A DNA stretch of 62,909 nt, filler included, from Guillardia theta CCMP2712 (Eukaryota > Protista > Cryptophyta), in NCBI RefSeq assembly GCF_000315625.1. It is 3 parts of 3 records of this genome, joined end to end, with 100 filler letters (N's around TTAATTAATTAA, not from the genome) between each part and the next. Parts side by side here need not be neighbours in the genome. Positions count along the whole stretch, not along the records: positions 31,599 to 60,580 come from NW_005434606.1; positions 60,681 to 62,909 come from NW_005434070.1; 1 more part is not named here. One strand, given 5' to 3'. Positions 52,457 through 62,909 of the stretch are shown here, in pieces; positions within the stretch are counted from its first letter, which is position 1; each line of letters begins with the position of its first letter. Both the position numbers and the translations under genes were made by a program. Under the pieces are notes generated by a model. It was not told where the DNA came from. It ran no database searches and saw nothing but the letters and a program-made list of their open reading frames with translations.

Positions 52457-55400
52457 TCAAGTTTCTTCTTTGCTCGTCTCCACAGTGATCGGCTCAGTCT
52501 CCGGCACCTTCTCCTCTTCCTGCTTCACATGGGCTCAGTCAAGCTCCACACATCTCGCCAGGACTCACGCTTGCTGGTACGCTGACAGAGAAGCCAGAGG
52601 ACAAGCCAAACACCTGAAAGAAACGATCTGAAGGATGAATGGAGGGCAGGAAGTCGAGGGGGAGAGGGAGGGAGGGAGGGAGGGAGGGAGGGAGGGAGGG
52701 AGAGGAAGGTGCGAGGCTGGGGGTTGGCAGGAGCAAGGGAGTTTTCATTTACCTGCATGAGGGTGTGAATTTTGTCCCGATAGTCCCAGTGCCCCTTGAC
52801 GATGCCGGTGACGTCAACGTTCTCCTGTTCGCGAGTCACGACAGCGCGCAGAGGAGGGTCAGACCCTACCAGGTTCGAGTTCTCCTCCCCCTCCAGCTGA
52901 ATCGCCTGCAGCCCCGCGACAGATCTGCCAGTTGCCATCAGGCCTGCCGTGACGCTCCCTCCCTCCTCCCTGCCTCCCTGCCTCCCTCCCTCCTCCTCCC
53001 TCCCTTCCCCCCCCCCTCCTCTACCTGCTGAAGCTGGAGGAACGATAGAGGAACGACAGGACCCAGTCCGTCTGACAGTAGGCGTTGACCAGCCGGTGTC
53101 CGCACACGGAGGAAGCTCTCCTCCAGTCCTTGGGGTTGGCGGGGCAGGGAGTTCCCATGCAGATGGCAGTCTCGACGATCCCAGCGCCCTCAGCTCCGAG
53201 CTTCGACAGCTCCAGCAGGCACTTGAAGATCATCCGAGCTCCGACTCCGAACCCGACCAGCGTCACCGGCCGGTAGCCCTGCACCCGGCTGGCGAGCGTC
53301 CGCGCGAGCTCCTTGCCGGCCTTGTCGGCTCGGAGCTCCGTGACGCTCCAGGTGCTGTCGATCCAGGAGGCAGCGGAGATGAGGGTCCTCGGCCAGGTCA
53401 GGGAGAAGAAGGCGGCACCGAGGACGACGCTGCCCACCACGGAGGTAGTGTAGTATCCAGCTTGCGACTTGAGGTAGGAGGAGACCACCCGTCCCATCTC
53501 CCTCAGCTGCTTCGACTCCCACCGCAGGGCAAGAGTCTCCCCCCCGTCGCTGGCGACCGAGCAGAGGGCTCTATCCCACACCTTCCACGCGCTGTCGTCC
53601 TCGTCCAGCAGCCACCCAGTCACTCCGATGGTCACGGGCAGGCCTGGGCTCGTGTCGATCAGGTCGAAGGCAAACTCGTCCAGCTCTGCCGTCCTCCTCA
53701 TCATCTTGTACCCGCAAAGTCCAGCTCCAGCTGCTCCAAACGAGACCCCCAGCACTGCTGACAAGCCGCCGAAGGCTGCGGCGCCTGCTGCCAACGTCCC
53801 TCCGATCCCCACGGCTGAACCTACGAGCCCGAGCCCGGCGATGACCGCGGGGGCGGCCAGCCCGCCGGTGAGGCCGATGAGGGCGCCGCCGACGACAGCG
53901 GCTCCTCCTATCTTGGCCGCCCTCAGGTACTTGGACTTGGGCTTGGCGGAGCTGGAGGAGTCCTGGGGCGACTGCTCGAGGATGGAGGCGCGGATGATGG
54001 CCTCGGAGAAGGCGATCTCAGCACAGGAGATCCACTTCCAGGGGATGCGGAGGTGGTCCGACAGCCTCCGGACGAGGGACCTGGCCCGGGCATCGTACTT
54101 TTTGGTCGAGAGGGAGGAGGAAAGAATCATCCAGCAGATAATCCACTGAAGGCTTCTGTCCTCCCTCGCCGTCTCCTCCTCCTCCTTGGCCGCACTCTCG
54201 ACCTCAGCCACCGCAGCCGGCACAGCTGATGCTGAAGACGGCTCCTCCTCCTCCTCCGCGTGCTCTTGACCGTCTAGCAGAACATTCATGAGATGACTTC
54301 GCTTCTCCTTGCCCTCACCCTGCGTTTCTTCCGCACGCTTCGGCTCTCTGCAAAGGAAATGAACACTCTCTCCGCCTACCACAAGGACCTGAGCTGCTAC
54401 CTTGGACTAGTGCCCTCCTTCACTTCCTGCTGCTTCCTCGCATCACCTGCGCCAAGTCTCAGAGAACCAGCAAGCGTCTCCCTCCTCCATCTCCCTCCTC
54501 ACTCACCCGCGATCTTCTCCTGCGACTTGATGATGAAGCTTGAGATCGTCGGCATGTCAACATGGTCATCCTCCATCATCTGCTGCTCTCAAAACCCTCA
54601 GCTCCCAGCACGGCCCCCAGCTCCCACCTACCTGAAGGGCCTCCAGGGACCTGCTGTCCACAGCCAGATCTCTGCAGATGATCGAGAGGTAGCGCCGGTA
54701 CCACCCGACGATCGCCCCGGACATGGCCAAGGAATCCACGAGAGTGAAGGAGTCGGACTCGCTCTGTATGCCATCCCCTCCTTCCACTGCCACCTCCTCC
54801 TCCCGAAGGACTGTCTCTGCCTCCTTGCTCGACAGCTCCGCCAGCACGCGGGTCTGCCTCTTGAGCATCTTCGCTAGGAACCCAGCACACAGCGCCGATA
54901 TGCTCCACCTGCCGTCCGACTTGTCAACCCCCAGCGCACGCACTTCCTCCTCTCACCGTAACTCTGACGTGAGCAGCCTGTCAGGGATCCTACCAGCCCA
55001 CCAGGGCCTGCCGTCTGCCTCCGCGGAGTTCTCCAGTACAAGGTTCACGGCCTCCGTCGGCGCCAGCTCCGCTATGCACGGCAGCTGCCCTTGGACGTCG
55101 ACCCTCCTCCTGTCTGTCCTCGCCATTGGCGGGAGGTCTGGGAGTCCGGCCACTGAGGAGAAGTAGGCCTTAGCAGCAGCAAGACAGCCGTTGGAGATTC
55201 TCGTGCATCGTATCATGTCGATCCTCCTCGTCCTCCCCTTCCCATCTGTACACTCCAGCGCGAGCCGGACGAACGATTTCCCGATGAGCATGTCCCGCAC
55301 ATCCTTCCTGCTCATCCCGCTCAGAGACTTGCCGTTAATGCGCGTGATTGTATCGCCAACTCCGATGACAGCGCATTCCACTTCTTGCTCCGATGTCTTC

Positions 55401-55990
55401 GAGCTCGCTCCTTCAGATCCTGCCACCTCTCTCTCCCGTGCTCCTCCCTTCTCTCCCTCCCCCTCTCCCTCCACTCCTTTCCCCTCCCTCTTCTCGTCCT
55501 CCTGTCCCGCTTCTGGTGATGCAGTCCAGTGCCGTGTTACCAGCCATGCTGCTCCCCCGTCATTGATACCGCGCACGATGCATCCTCTCTCGCACATCTC
55601 GAGTTTCAGTCCCAGCTCTCCTACAGCCTCGTCCCTTTCGTCCTCAAGCGGGGCCTGACGCAGCAGCGTCACGGCAAAGGGCTCGGTGCCGACAGCATGG
55701 CACAGCTCCAGCCACACAGGAGTTCCCAGCTCCCCGTCCAGCATCTTGCCCATGGCAGCGACGTCAGTCGCTTCGTCGACGGGAACGGCATCGACCGACT
55801 TGATGATGTCACCGATGGCGACGAGACCGCAGAGGGCCGTTGGGCTGCTGTGGTAGATCTCGGCAACGACGGGGCCCTTGTGGGCAACAACGTTGACGGT
55901 CAGTCCAAGAGCCTTGCAGAAGATGCTGGACTTGCTCTGCTGCGACGAGAAGACCTTGATATTTGCAAACTTGGACCTGAAGTTCTTCAT
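52457..55990 (-). CDS. PDZ-PDZ + DUF726 (TMCO4/Mil1-like) protein
   Basis: Two PDZ-like domains (LVAIGDIIKSVD..GELGTPVWLEL; IGVGDTITRING..), then YDARAR, IGGAAVVGGALIGLTGGLAAP, ALRWES, RADKAGKELA..QGYRPVTLVGFGVGAR, RLVNAY..DWVL, ENVDVTGIVKGHWDY. Confidence 0.88.
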
Positions 55991-56825
55991 GCTGGGGTAA
56001 TACAACAAGCGATGATAAGGCGCAGCTCGGCAAAAGCTTTGTGGATCTCCCCCCCTTCCTCTTAGAAGGAAGTGACTTGACACTCGCTGCTCAAATCCCG
56101 GCCTATGCCTGGTCGACCGCCCTTCCTCCTCCTCCCACTGCCTGCTTGCTTTGTTTGGACCAGTCAAATGTAACGCCTTCACGCCCCCCTTCCTCTCATT
56201 CGACCCTCTTCCTACGATCTCTTTCTCCGATCTCTCCCTCCTCTGCTCCTCTCCTATGTTACCTTGCTCCCCCCTCTTCGTCCTCTCCTCTCCTCTCCTC
56301 TCCTCTCCTCGCTGCCTCCTCCGCTTCCTCCGGGAGCAGCCCGCGTGAGTTGTGGGAGCAGTACGTTCCTGTCACAGATGAGTGCTTGTTCCGAGGAGGA
56401 AGCGACTGTGTTNNNNNNNNNNNNNNNNNNNNNNNNNNNNNNNNNNNNNNNNNNNNNNNNNNNNNNNNNNNNNNNNNNNNNNNNNNNNNNNNNNNNNNNN
56501 NNNNNNNNNNNNNNNNNNNNNNNNNNNNNNNNNNNNNNNNNNNNNNNNNNNNNNNNNNNNNNNNNNNNNNNNNNNNNNNNNNNNNNNNNNCCTCCTCCTT
56601 CCGGCCCACCCCCCTCTCCTCCCTCCCTCCCTCACTCACTCACTCCGTGGGTATTCCTTTGTCGCTCCTCTCTGCACCCAACCTCTTCTCTCGCGCCATA
56701 CTCTACCCTGTGTCGGCTCCTCGCCTTTGAGATCTCGATTTTCCTTCCTGTATTTCTGACTCTCGGACCTTACAGGCCCGTGCTCCTCTTCTCTGCTCTG
56801 CTCGTCGCTCTTGCTCGCTGCTCTC

Positions 56826-57951
56826 ATGGGATTCTCAGCCTTCCTTGTAAACTTCATCGACACCGAGGTCAGGTCAGACCGAGGCTGCGGTAACAACAAG
56901 CATGTCCTCCTCCTCCTCCTGCCTCCTCACAGTGAGGCCTGCAGGAGGATTGAACGCCAAGTACGTAGTCTACGTGCTCAAGATAGGTCGCCCTCCTAGC
57001 TTCTGCGAGGTTGACGCTGACTGTGCGCGGCAGTGAACGGAGATAGGCAATGGTTGTGCGAGGTCTGCCACGAGCTACAGTTGTGATCAAAGTGATGAAT
57101 GCGCCATGGCAGAAGAGATACAGCGACTTTGTGCTGCTTGACGACGTGCTGCGGTCGAAGTTCTGGTACATGCAGGTAACTGCCTTTGCTGCATGGAGGC
57201 TGCATGGCCCTCTGAGTTTGCTCGCAAGGTTCCCAAGTTGCCGCAGAAGAAGTTCTTCTTCAATTTCGATGAGGAGTTCATCAGCAGGTGACGGACGCTC
57301 ATGTTCGTTGTGCTTCATCTGCAAGATCGCCCAGCTCTCTCTTCACTCCTCCACTCCTCCCCTCCGCCACTACCTCCTTCACTTCTCCCTCACCTCTCCA
57401 CCACCTCCTTTACCTTTCTCCAACCCCCACCCACATCCTTGTTTCTACCCCCACCTCTCCCCGACTTGCGTTTGCAGGAGGCGAAAGGAGCTGGAAGAAT
57501 ATTTGAGGTCGCTCCTACAAGTGCGTGACTCTCCTCCCTCCCCTCTTCTACCTTCCCCTCTTCTACCTTCCCCTCCCCTTCTCTCCGCCTCTTCTCTCTC
57601 CTCCTCTCTTCCCCTTGCCTCTTTCCCTCCCCTCTTCTCCCCTCCCTTCCCCTTCCCTCTTCTCTCTTGCCCACTCCACTCCCACCGCCAGTCTGAGACG
57701 ATCGCCGCCAGATCGCTTGCTTCTCACAGAGCGAGGAGATGTGGCAGTTCCTCACGGATCAGAAGGTAGGCAGCGCTTGCTCTATCGCCTGTCGATGGTG
57801 CTTGACGTCCCCTCAGTCCATCGTCGGAGCACCGCCCGAGCTGCAGGAAGAGAATGATCGACACAAGCAGGTAGGAGGCGCATGGTACTGCGTTGGCAGG
57901 CTAAAATGTGCTTCCAAGGCGATGGAGTATGCTGCAACGGAGGAGCCGTAA
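56826..57951 (+). CDS. PX-domain (small sorting nexin-like) protein
   Basis: Spliced KYVVYVLKI..WLCE|KRYSDFVLLDDVLRSKF..|VPKLPQKKFFFNFDEEFIS|RRKELEEYLRSLL..MWQFL; last exon uncertain. Confidence 0.85.
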
Positions 57952-58184
57952 GGGAGGCAGATGTCGTGGAAGGAGTAGAGAGTGAAGAAAGCTTGACGGA
58001 GGAGTTGGTTTGCTGTCAGGGCCGTTCGACACCTGTGTTGCTGTGTCCAGAAGAACACGTTCGGGTTGATATTTTTACCCACAAGAAACTAGCAAGTTTC
58101 TGTTGAAGGGGATCGTCGGGCACGACAGGTGCCACATACGCCTCTGTAACGCTAATCGTGTAGATAAGTTTGAGAGTAAAGAGC

Positions 58185-60415
58185 TTAAGATTCCAGGGGG
58201 AGCACGAACTCCTCGGGGAGCACGGGAGGTTTTGGAATCCCGTAGATGTCCCTTTGACTCCCCAGCGTGTCGAGAACGTTCTGGAGGAAACCTGGGGAGG
58301 GTTGAGGAGGAGCGAGGAAAGGAGGGCAGAAGACCTTTGAGGATGGGAGAGTCGTCGACCACCGACTGCTTCAGCGCCTTCCTCTGGTCCTTGGCTTCTA
58401 CGAGCATCAGAGGTCAGTGCATGAAGGTATGCGTCTGCACTGCTTCCAACTTCCTTACCTGGTTTGCCGTCCGCCGTGCCCTGTTTGACCGGGCTAGCAC
58501 TGTGAGAGGAGCTCTTGCTGGCGGCAGCATGAGCAGGGGGCTCCGGATCTACATCAAAGCTCTCGCAAAGGCCATTTTTGGCCATGATTTGCCTGTAGAC
58601 TGATCAAGGAGGCAGGAGGAACAAGGGGGGGAAGGGAGAGGAGGGAGAGGAGGGGAAGGGAGAGAGGATCGGACGGTGTGTGGGTGGAGGGGGGCAGTAC
58701 CTGACGGTCTTGCTTGCGGGGAGCGCACCAGGCAAGTCCAAAGGAGCACCTCTCGTAATCAGCATCTGAACTGTTCACAGACTATGAGAAAGAGGACGAG
58801 GAGTGAGGGGGAGGAGAGGGCGGAAGAGAAACAGGAGGGGGGGCACAAAGAGCAGGAGCAGGAGGAGCAGGAGGAGCAGGAGGAGCAGGAGGAGCAGGAG
58901 GAGGAGCTGAAGGAGTACCGATATCCTCCATCCCCGAGTCAGCTCCAACGCCTTTCAGGGCACAGTGGAGCATCGTGTCTCCTCCTTTGTTCACCACGTT
59001 GATCCTGCGGGGCTGCGATGAGCGGCGTGACGACCAGCAGGACCTCGGGCGCTTACTCTTGCGGGCTCCTGGTAAGGAAGTACTCGGCAACATCTTTCCT
59101 GCCTGTCATGCGGGCGACTGGTCAGTGTGGAGAAACATGCCATGGCAGGGAGAGCACCTTGCAGGACAGCACAGAAGCATGGAGTCAGTCCAAGAACGTC
59201 TCTCGCACCTGCCGGTGATGCGTCAGCACGTTGAACGCCCCATGGAAGTTGTACTGATGTTGGCTCCGCACTCTTCGACAAGGTATCTTGCTATCTCCAG
59301 ATTCCCCTCTCCAGCCGCGTAGTGTAGCGGACTGAACCCCTCTGAGAGCAGGCTCAGGGAGGCTGCAAGGAGGACATGCATGTACCGATGTTGGTCAGGT
59401 TGACGTCCTTGTCGCAAGCCTCTGCGATGATCTTGACTAGCGGCAGCTTGTTGCTCAAGACCTGTCAGCCGTCATCGACAAAGAGAAACGGGAGGCGTGC
59501 TGGCACCGCCATGAACAGAGGAGTGTCGCTCTCTCCGTTGGTTGCCTTAGCATCCGCCACCACCTTGGCCCAGTCAGATCACACGTTGAGCCCTCAAGCT
59601 CTCGACGCGAATACCGGAGTCTTCGAGGGCCCCGAGGTGTCATTCCAGATGCTCTTGGTGCTCAACAGATACTCCACGATGTCCGTGTGCCCTGCAGACT
59701 CTCATCACCACCCCCACTGATCCATGAGAGAGTCTGCCTGAGAAGGAGGACAAGTGCAACGTGGTATTCCCCAAGGAGTCACAAACATACAGCTTCGCCT
59801 CTGGTCCCAACGCCAGGAGCTGCTGGGAGTTAGGGGAGGCTAACGAAAGGATGACGAGAGAACGAGGAAAGAAGGTAAGAGGGAGACCTCTTTCACGCTG
59901 TCTAGGTCTCCCTTGAACGCTGCAGACAGCAAGGCGTCTCGTCCTGCATCATGCCCATCATCTTTGAAGAGCGGGGAGTCCAGGCGTTACCGACTCCTTG
60001 GGACTTCAAGACTTGGGGCGTGGAAGAACACTCGCTGCCCGACGGAGAATCTGAGAGGTCAAGCCTTCAGCTCGACATCGGCCAGGAGGAGGATCGGAGA
60101 CCTGGACAGTCGCTGTCGTCGCGAAGCCCAGTCCCTCGATCTACTCCAAGTTGTCATCAGTCAAAACCATCACATAATGTTCTTGGAACTACCTCTCTCG
60201 CTCTTGCTCTGCTCCCTCCGTCTATCTACCGCTGCGGCAACAAGTCAACGGGACAGGAGAAGGAGAATGGAATGAGCTGCGAGTACGTTCAAGGCTATCG
60301 ATGTCAATGGGATGAAATCCTGCGTCACCATGTAAGGACAAGCTGAAGCAAGGGAAGCGAGGTTACCTGGGCGTATAGTCTCTTTCTTCTTCGACTTGAA
60401 GGGATTCCAAGGCAT
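58185..60415 (-). CDS. Ankyrin-repeat protein (multi-exon; ends approximate)
   Basis: LLSAAFKGDLDSVKE, LGNTTLHL..GHTDIVEYLL, DTPLFMA, GFSPLHYAAGEGNLEIARYLVEECGANI, NKGGDTMLHCA. Confidence 0.8.
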
Positions 60416-60624
60416 GGTGCAAGCTCAAGTATCGCAGGTGCAACCACTTTACGTCAGATCATCGTTATGGCCTGCGATCGAGTTAGTGTCACACGTTTGT
60501 TCGATCCTGCCATCTGCCCTGTCTTTGATTCTTCCCTGTCGCCGCTCTCTGTCATCACGCTCTTCCCTCCCTCCTCCTCCNNNNNNNNNNNNNNNNNNNN
60601 NNNNNNNNNNNNNNNNNNNNNNNN

Positions 60625-60636
60625 TTAATTAATTAA
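60625..60636. other. Scaffolding linker TTAATTAATTAA inside an N-gap (assembly artefact)
   Basis: Same 12-mer as 31543-31554, flanked by Ns. Confidence 0.9.
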
Positions 60637-60680
60637 NNNNNNNNNNNNNNNNNNNNNNNNNNNNNNNNNNNNNNNNNNNN

Positions 60681-62652
60681 AAGATGCTGCTGGGAACAGC
60701 CGGTCTGTGGCCCCGCAGACTCCACCGTATCCTTCGTATACCCCGCAGGTAAAGAGGAGGAGGAGGTGGGGAGGGGGAGGAGGAAAATAGAGGACGAGGA
60801 GGAGGAGAATAGAGGAGGAGGAGGAGGAGGAGGAGGAGGAGGAAGAGGAGGAGAGGGAGACAGGAAGAATATTCATAGCTTTGCAGAAGTTGGATACCTC
60901 CGCCAAGAGCTCTGTGTTCATTCTAGGTGAGCCATCTGAACAGGAAGACGGGAAGGAGGAGAAGGATGGAGGAAGAAGGAGGAGGAGGAGGAGAAGGAGG
61001 ACGAAGAGTAACGAAGGTGTTGGCAAGCAGAGGAGAGCCGAGAAGATTTATCGAGAGATCCTCTCCTCTGCGTGGAGAAAATCTTCAGCGTCTGCAAGGG
61101 GTTGCAAGAAAGATGTCACCTCCTCTCGTAATTGCATAACACTACCTCATTTCTTCCCTTCCCTCCTCTCCCCTCCCTCACGCTGTTTTCTCTCCTTTTT
61201 CTCCCCTCCCTTCCCCTTCTCTTCCCTCCTCTCCTCTCCTCCCTCCCTCCCTCCCTCCCTCCCTCCCTCCCTCCCTCCCTCTCAGTACCTTGCAACAGGA
61301 ACGAGCTCCACAAGTCTAGGGAGCAACTGAGGCGAGCAGAAGAAATTTCAAGAACGAGGCGAAGAGAATGAGAGGTAAGAGCAGAAAGTGTAAGATGCTG
61401 ATATGAAACATGAACCTTGATGCACAGAAAATGCTGATTATCAGCTGAACACACAAGTTCGTCAGAGACAAGATGAGATTGCTGGTAAAGACGTAGAGGA
61501 GGAGGAGGAGGAGGAGGAGGAGGAGGAGGAGGAGGAGGAGGAGGAGGAGGAGGATTAGAGGAGGAGGATAGAGGAGGAGGATGACAGGGGTGCTGGAAGG
61601 GACCTCGAGGAGATCGACTGGTCGATTCACAATGCTAGTCCTGCCATCTCACATGAGAGGATCAACGAGAAGGTCAACAAGGTGAGAGGAGGAGGAGGAG
61701 GAGGAGGAGAACGAGGGCGAGGAGGGGCGAGGAGAGTTGAAGAGGAGAAGAACGGGAGGCAAGAGGCAGGAGCAGGAGAGGTAGTGGACGGAGAGCGAGG
61801 AGCAGGAGGAATAAGAAGAGGTCAGAGGGGAGGAGATAGGAGGAGGAGGAGGAGGAGGAGGAGGTAGTTTGTAACCTCCGCGTCTGCTGCCCTCGCAGAT
61901 TCTTCACGATGCCCAGCAGTACTTCAGCAGCAAGAAGGGTCAGCAAACTCCTTCTGCGAGGAAGGAGGACGAGGATACCTCCTCGAGCCCCTTGTAACTT
62001 CTCCACCACCATGATGCTTGTCTCCCACCTACTTCTACTCCTCCTATTGGTTCCTCCTAATACTCCCCTTCCTTGACCTTTCCGCCTTCGCTCTCCCGCC
62101 ACTTTCATATCATGTGATATCAGATCATATCACATCATATCACATCATCTCATCTCATATCATATCATATCATATCATATCATGTGATATCATATCATGT
62201 GATATCATATCATATCATGTGATATCATATCATGTGATATCATATCACATCATCTCATCTCATGTGATATCATATCATATCATATCATATCATGTGATAT
62301 CATGTGATATCATATCACATCATATCATATCACATCATATCATCTCCTCTTTTTCTCTGATGCTCCTCATAGGTCGAAATCTATCAAGTCAACACGTTCA
62401 GTGTCTCCCAGCAGAGGTATCTCCTCCTTTCCTCCTCTCCACTTCCCCTCCTCCTCCTCTGCTCCTCCCTCCTCCCTCCTCCCTCCTCCCTCCTCCCTCC
62501 TCCCTCCTCCCTCCTCCCTCCTCCCTCCCTCCTCCCTCCTCTCCCTCCTCCCTCCTCCCTCCTCGCTTCTCTTCCTCCAGCTCCTCACATTTCTGCGCGA
62601 CTTGACAGACATGGAAAAATTCAGCTCGAGGATCAAGAAAGCTTCGGAAAGG
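60681..62652 (+). CDS. Hypothetical protein, partial (many small exons; continues beyond the window)
   Basis: Short AG/GT-bounded exons (e.g. ILHDAQQYFSSKK, VEIYQVNTFSVSQQR, LLTFLRDLTDMEKFSSRIKKASER) separated by microsatellite-filled introns. Confidence 0.4.
62106..62345. repeat. Pentanucleotide (CATAT/CATGT/GATAT/CACAT)n array, intronic
   Basis: About 240 bp with 5-nt periodicity. Confidence 0.9.
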
Positions 62653-62761
62653 TCAAAGTGACTGGCAGTTGCTGCCTCCTCCTCCTCTTCCTTTCGTGGT
62701 GATTGAACGATTCGAAGTTTTGAATACCCTCGTTTCCATCATCTCAATCGTCATCTCCGTC

Positions 62762-62804
62762 ATCCTCATCCTCATCCTCTGCATCATCATCATCATCATC
62801 ACCG

Positions 62805-62839
<35 letters not shown>

Positions 62840-62871
62840 TCCATCATCATCATCTTCACCACCACCACCAT
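62762..62871. repeat. (CAT/CAC)n microsatellite
   Basis: Imperfect trinucleotide array; source of a spurious poly-M ORF. Confidence 0.85.
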
Positions 62872-62909
62872 AAAATCTCCTCTGCTTCATCAGCTTCCAC
62901 GTTCTGTAC

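Overview
Gene-dense, intron-rich eukaryotic nuclear DNA from a draft assembly (six N-gaps, two with a TTAATTAATTAA linker). Short GT-AG introns, many swollen by (GGA/CCT)n microsatellites, and bipartite plastid presequences with an aromatic +1 residue point to an alga with a complex red plastid, most like a cryptophyte (inference). Manual splicing gives about 20 genes: SAM-SAM-PDZ protein, C2-PDZ-He_PIG protein, plastid HSP90, tandem-bHLH transcription factor, NIF3, stand-alone mitochondrial lipoyl-domain protein, SEC22, CFIm25/NUDT21, SAM+ARM protein, TMTC-type O-mannosyltransferase, HERP-like UBL protein, M13 peptidase, nuclear-encoded cytochrome c6-like protein, CDC5L, PDZ-PDZ-DUF726 protein, PX protein, ankyrin protein and several hypotheticals. 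Most notable: a double bHLH visible only after splicing; polarised GGGTA-to-TACCC blocks between divergent genes; a c6B/C-like cytochrome; a lipoyl-only protein; a DUF726 domain lacking its catalytic serine. CDS coordinates are spliced gene spans from hand-reading, and some ends are approximate. No database searches were run, so novelty is untested.
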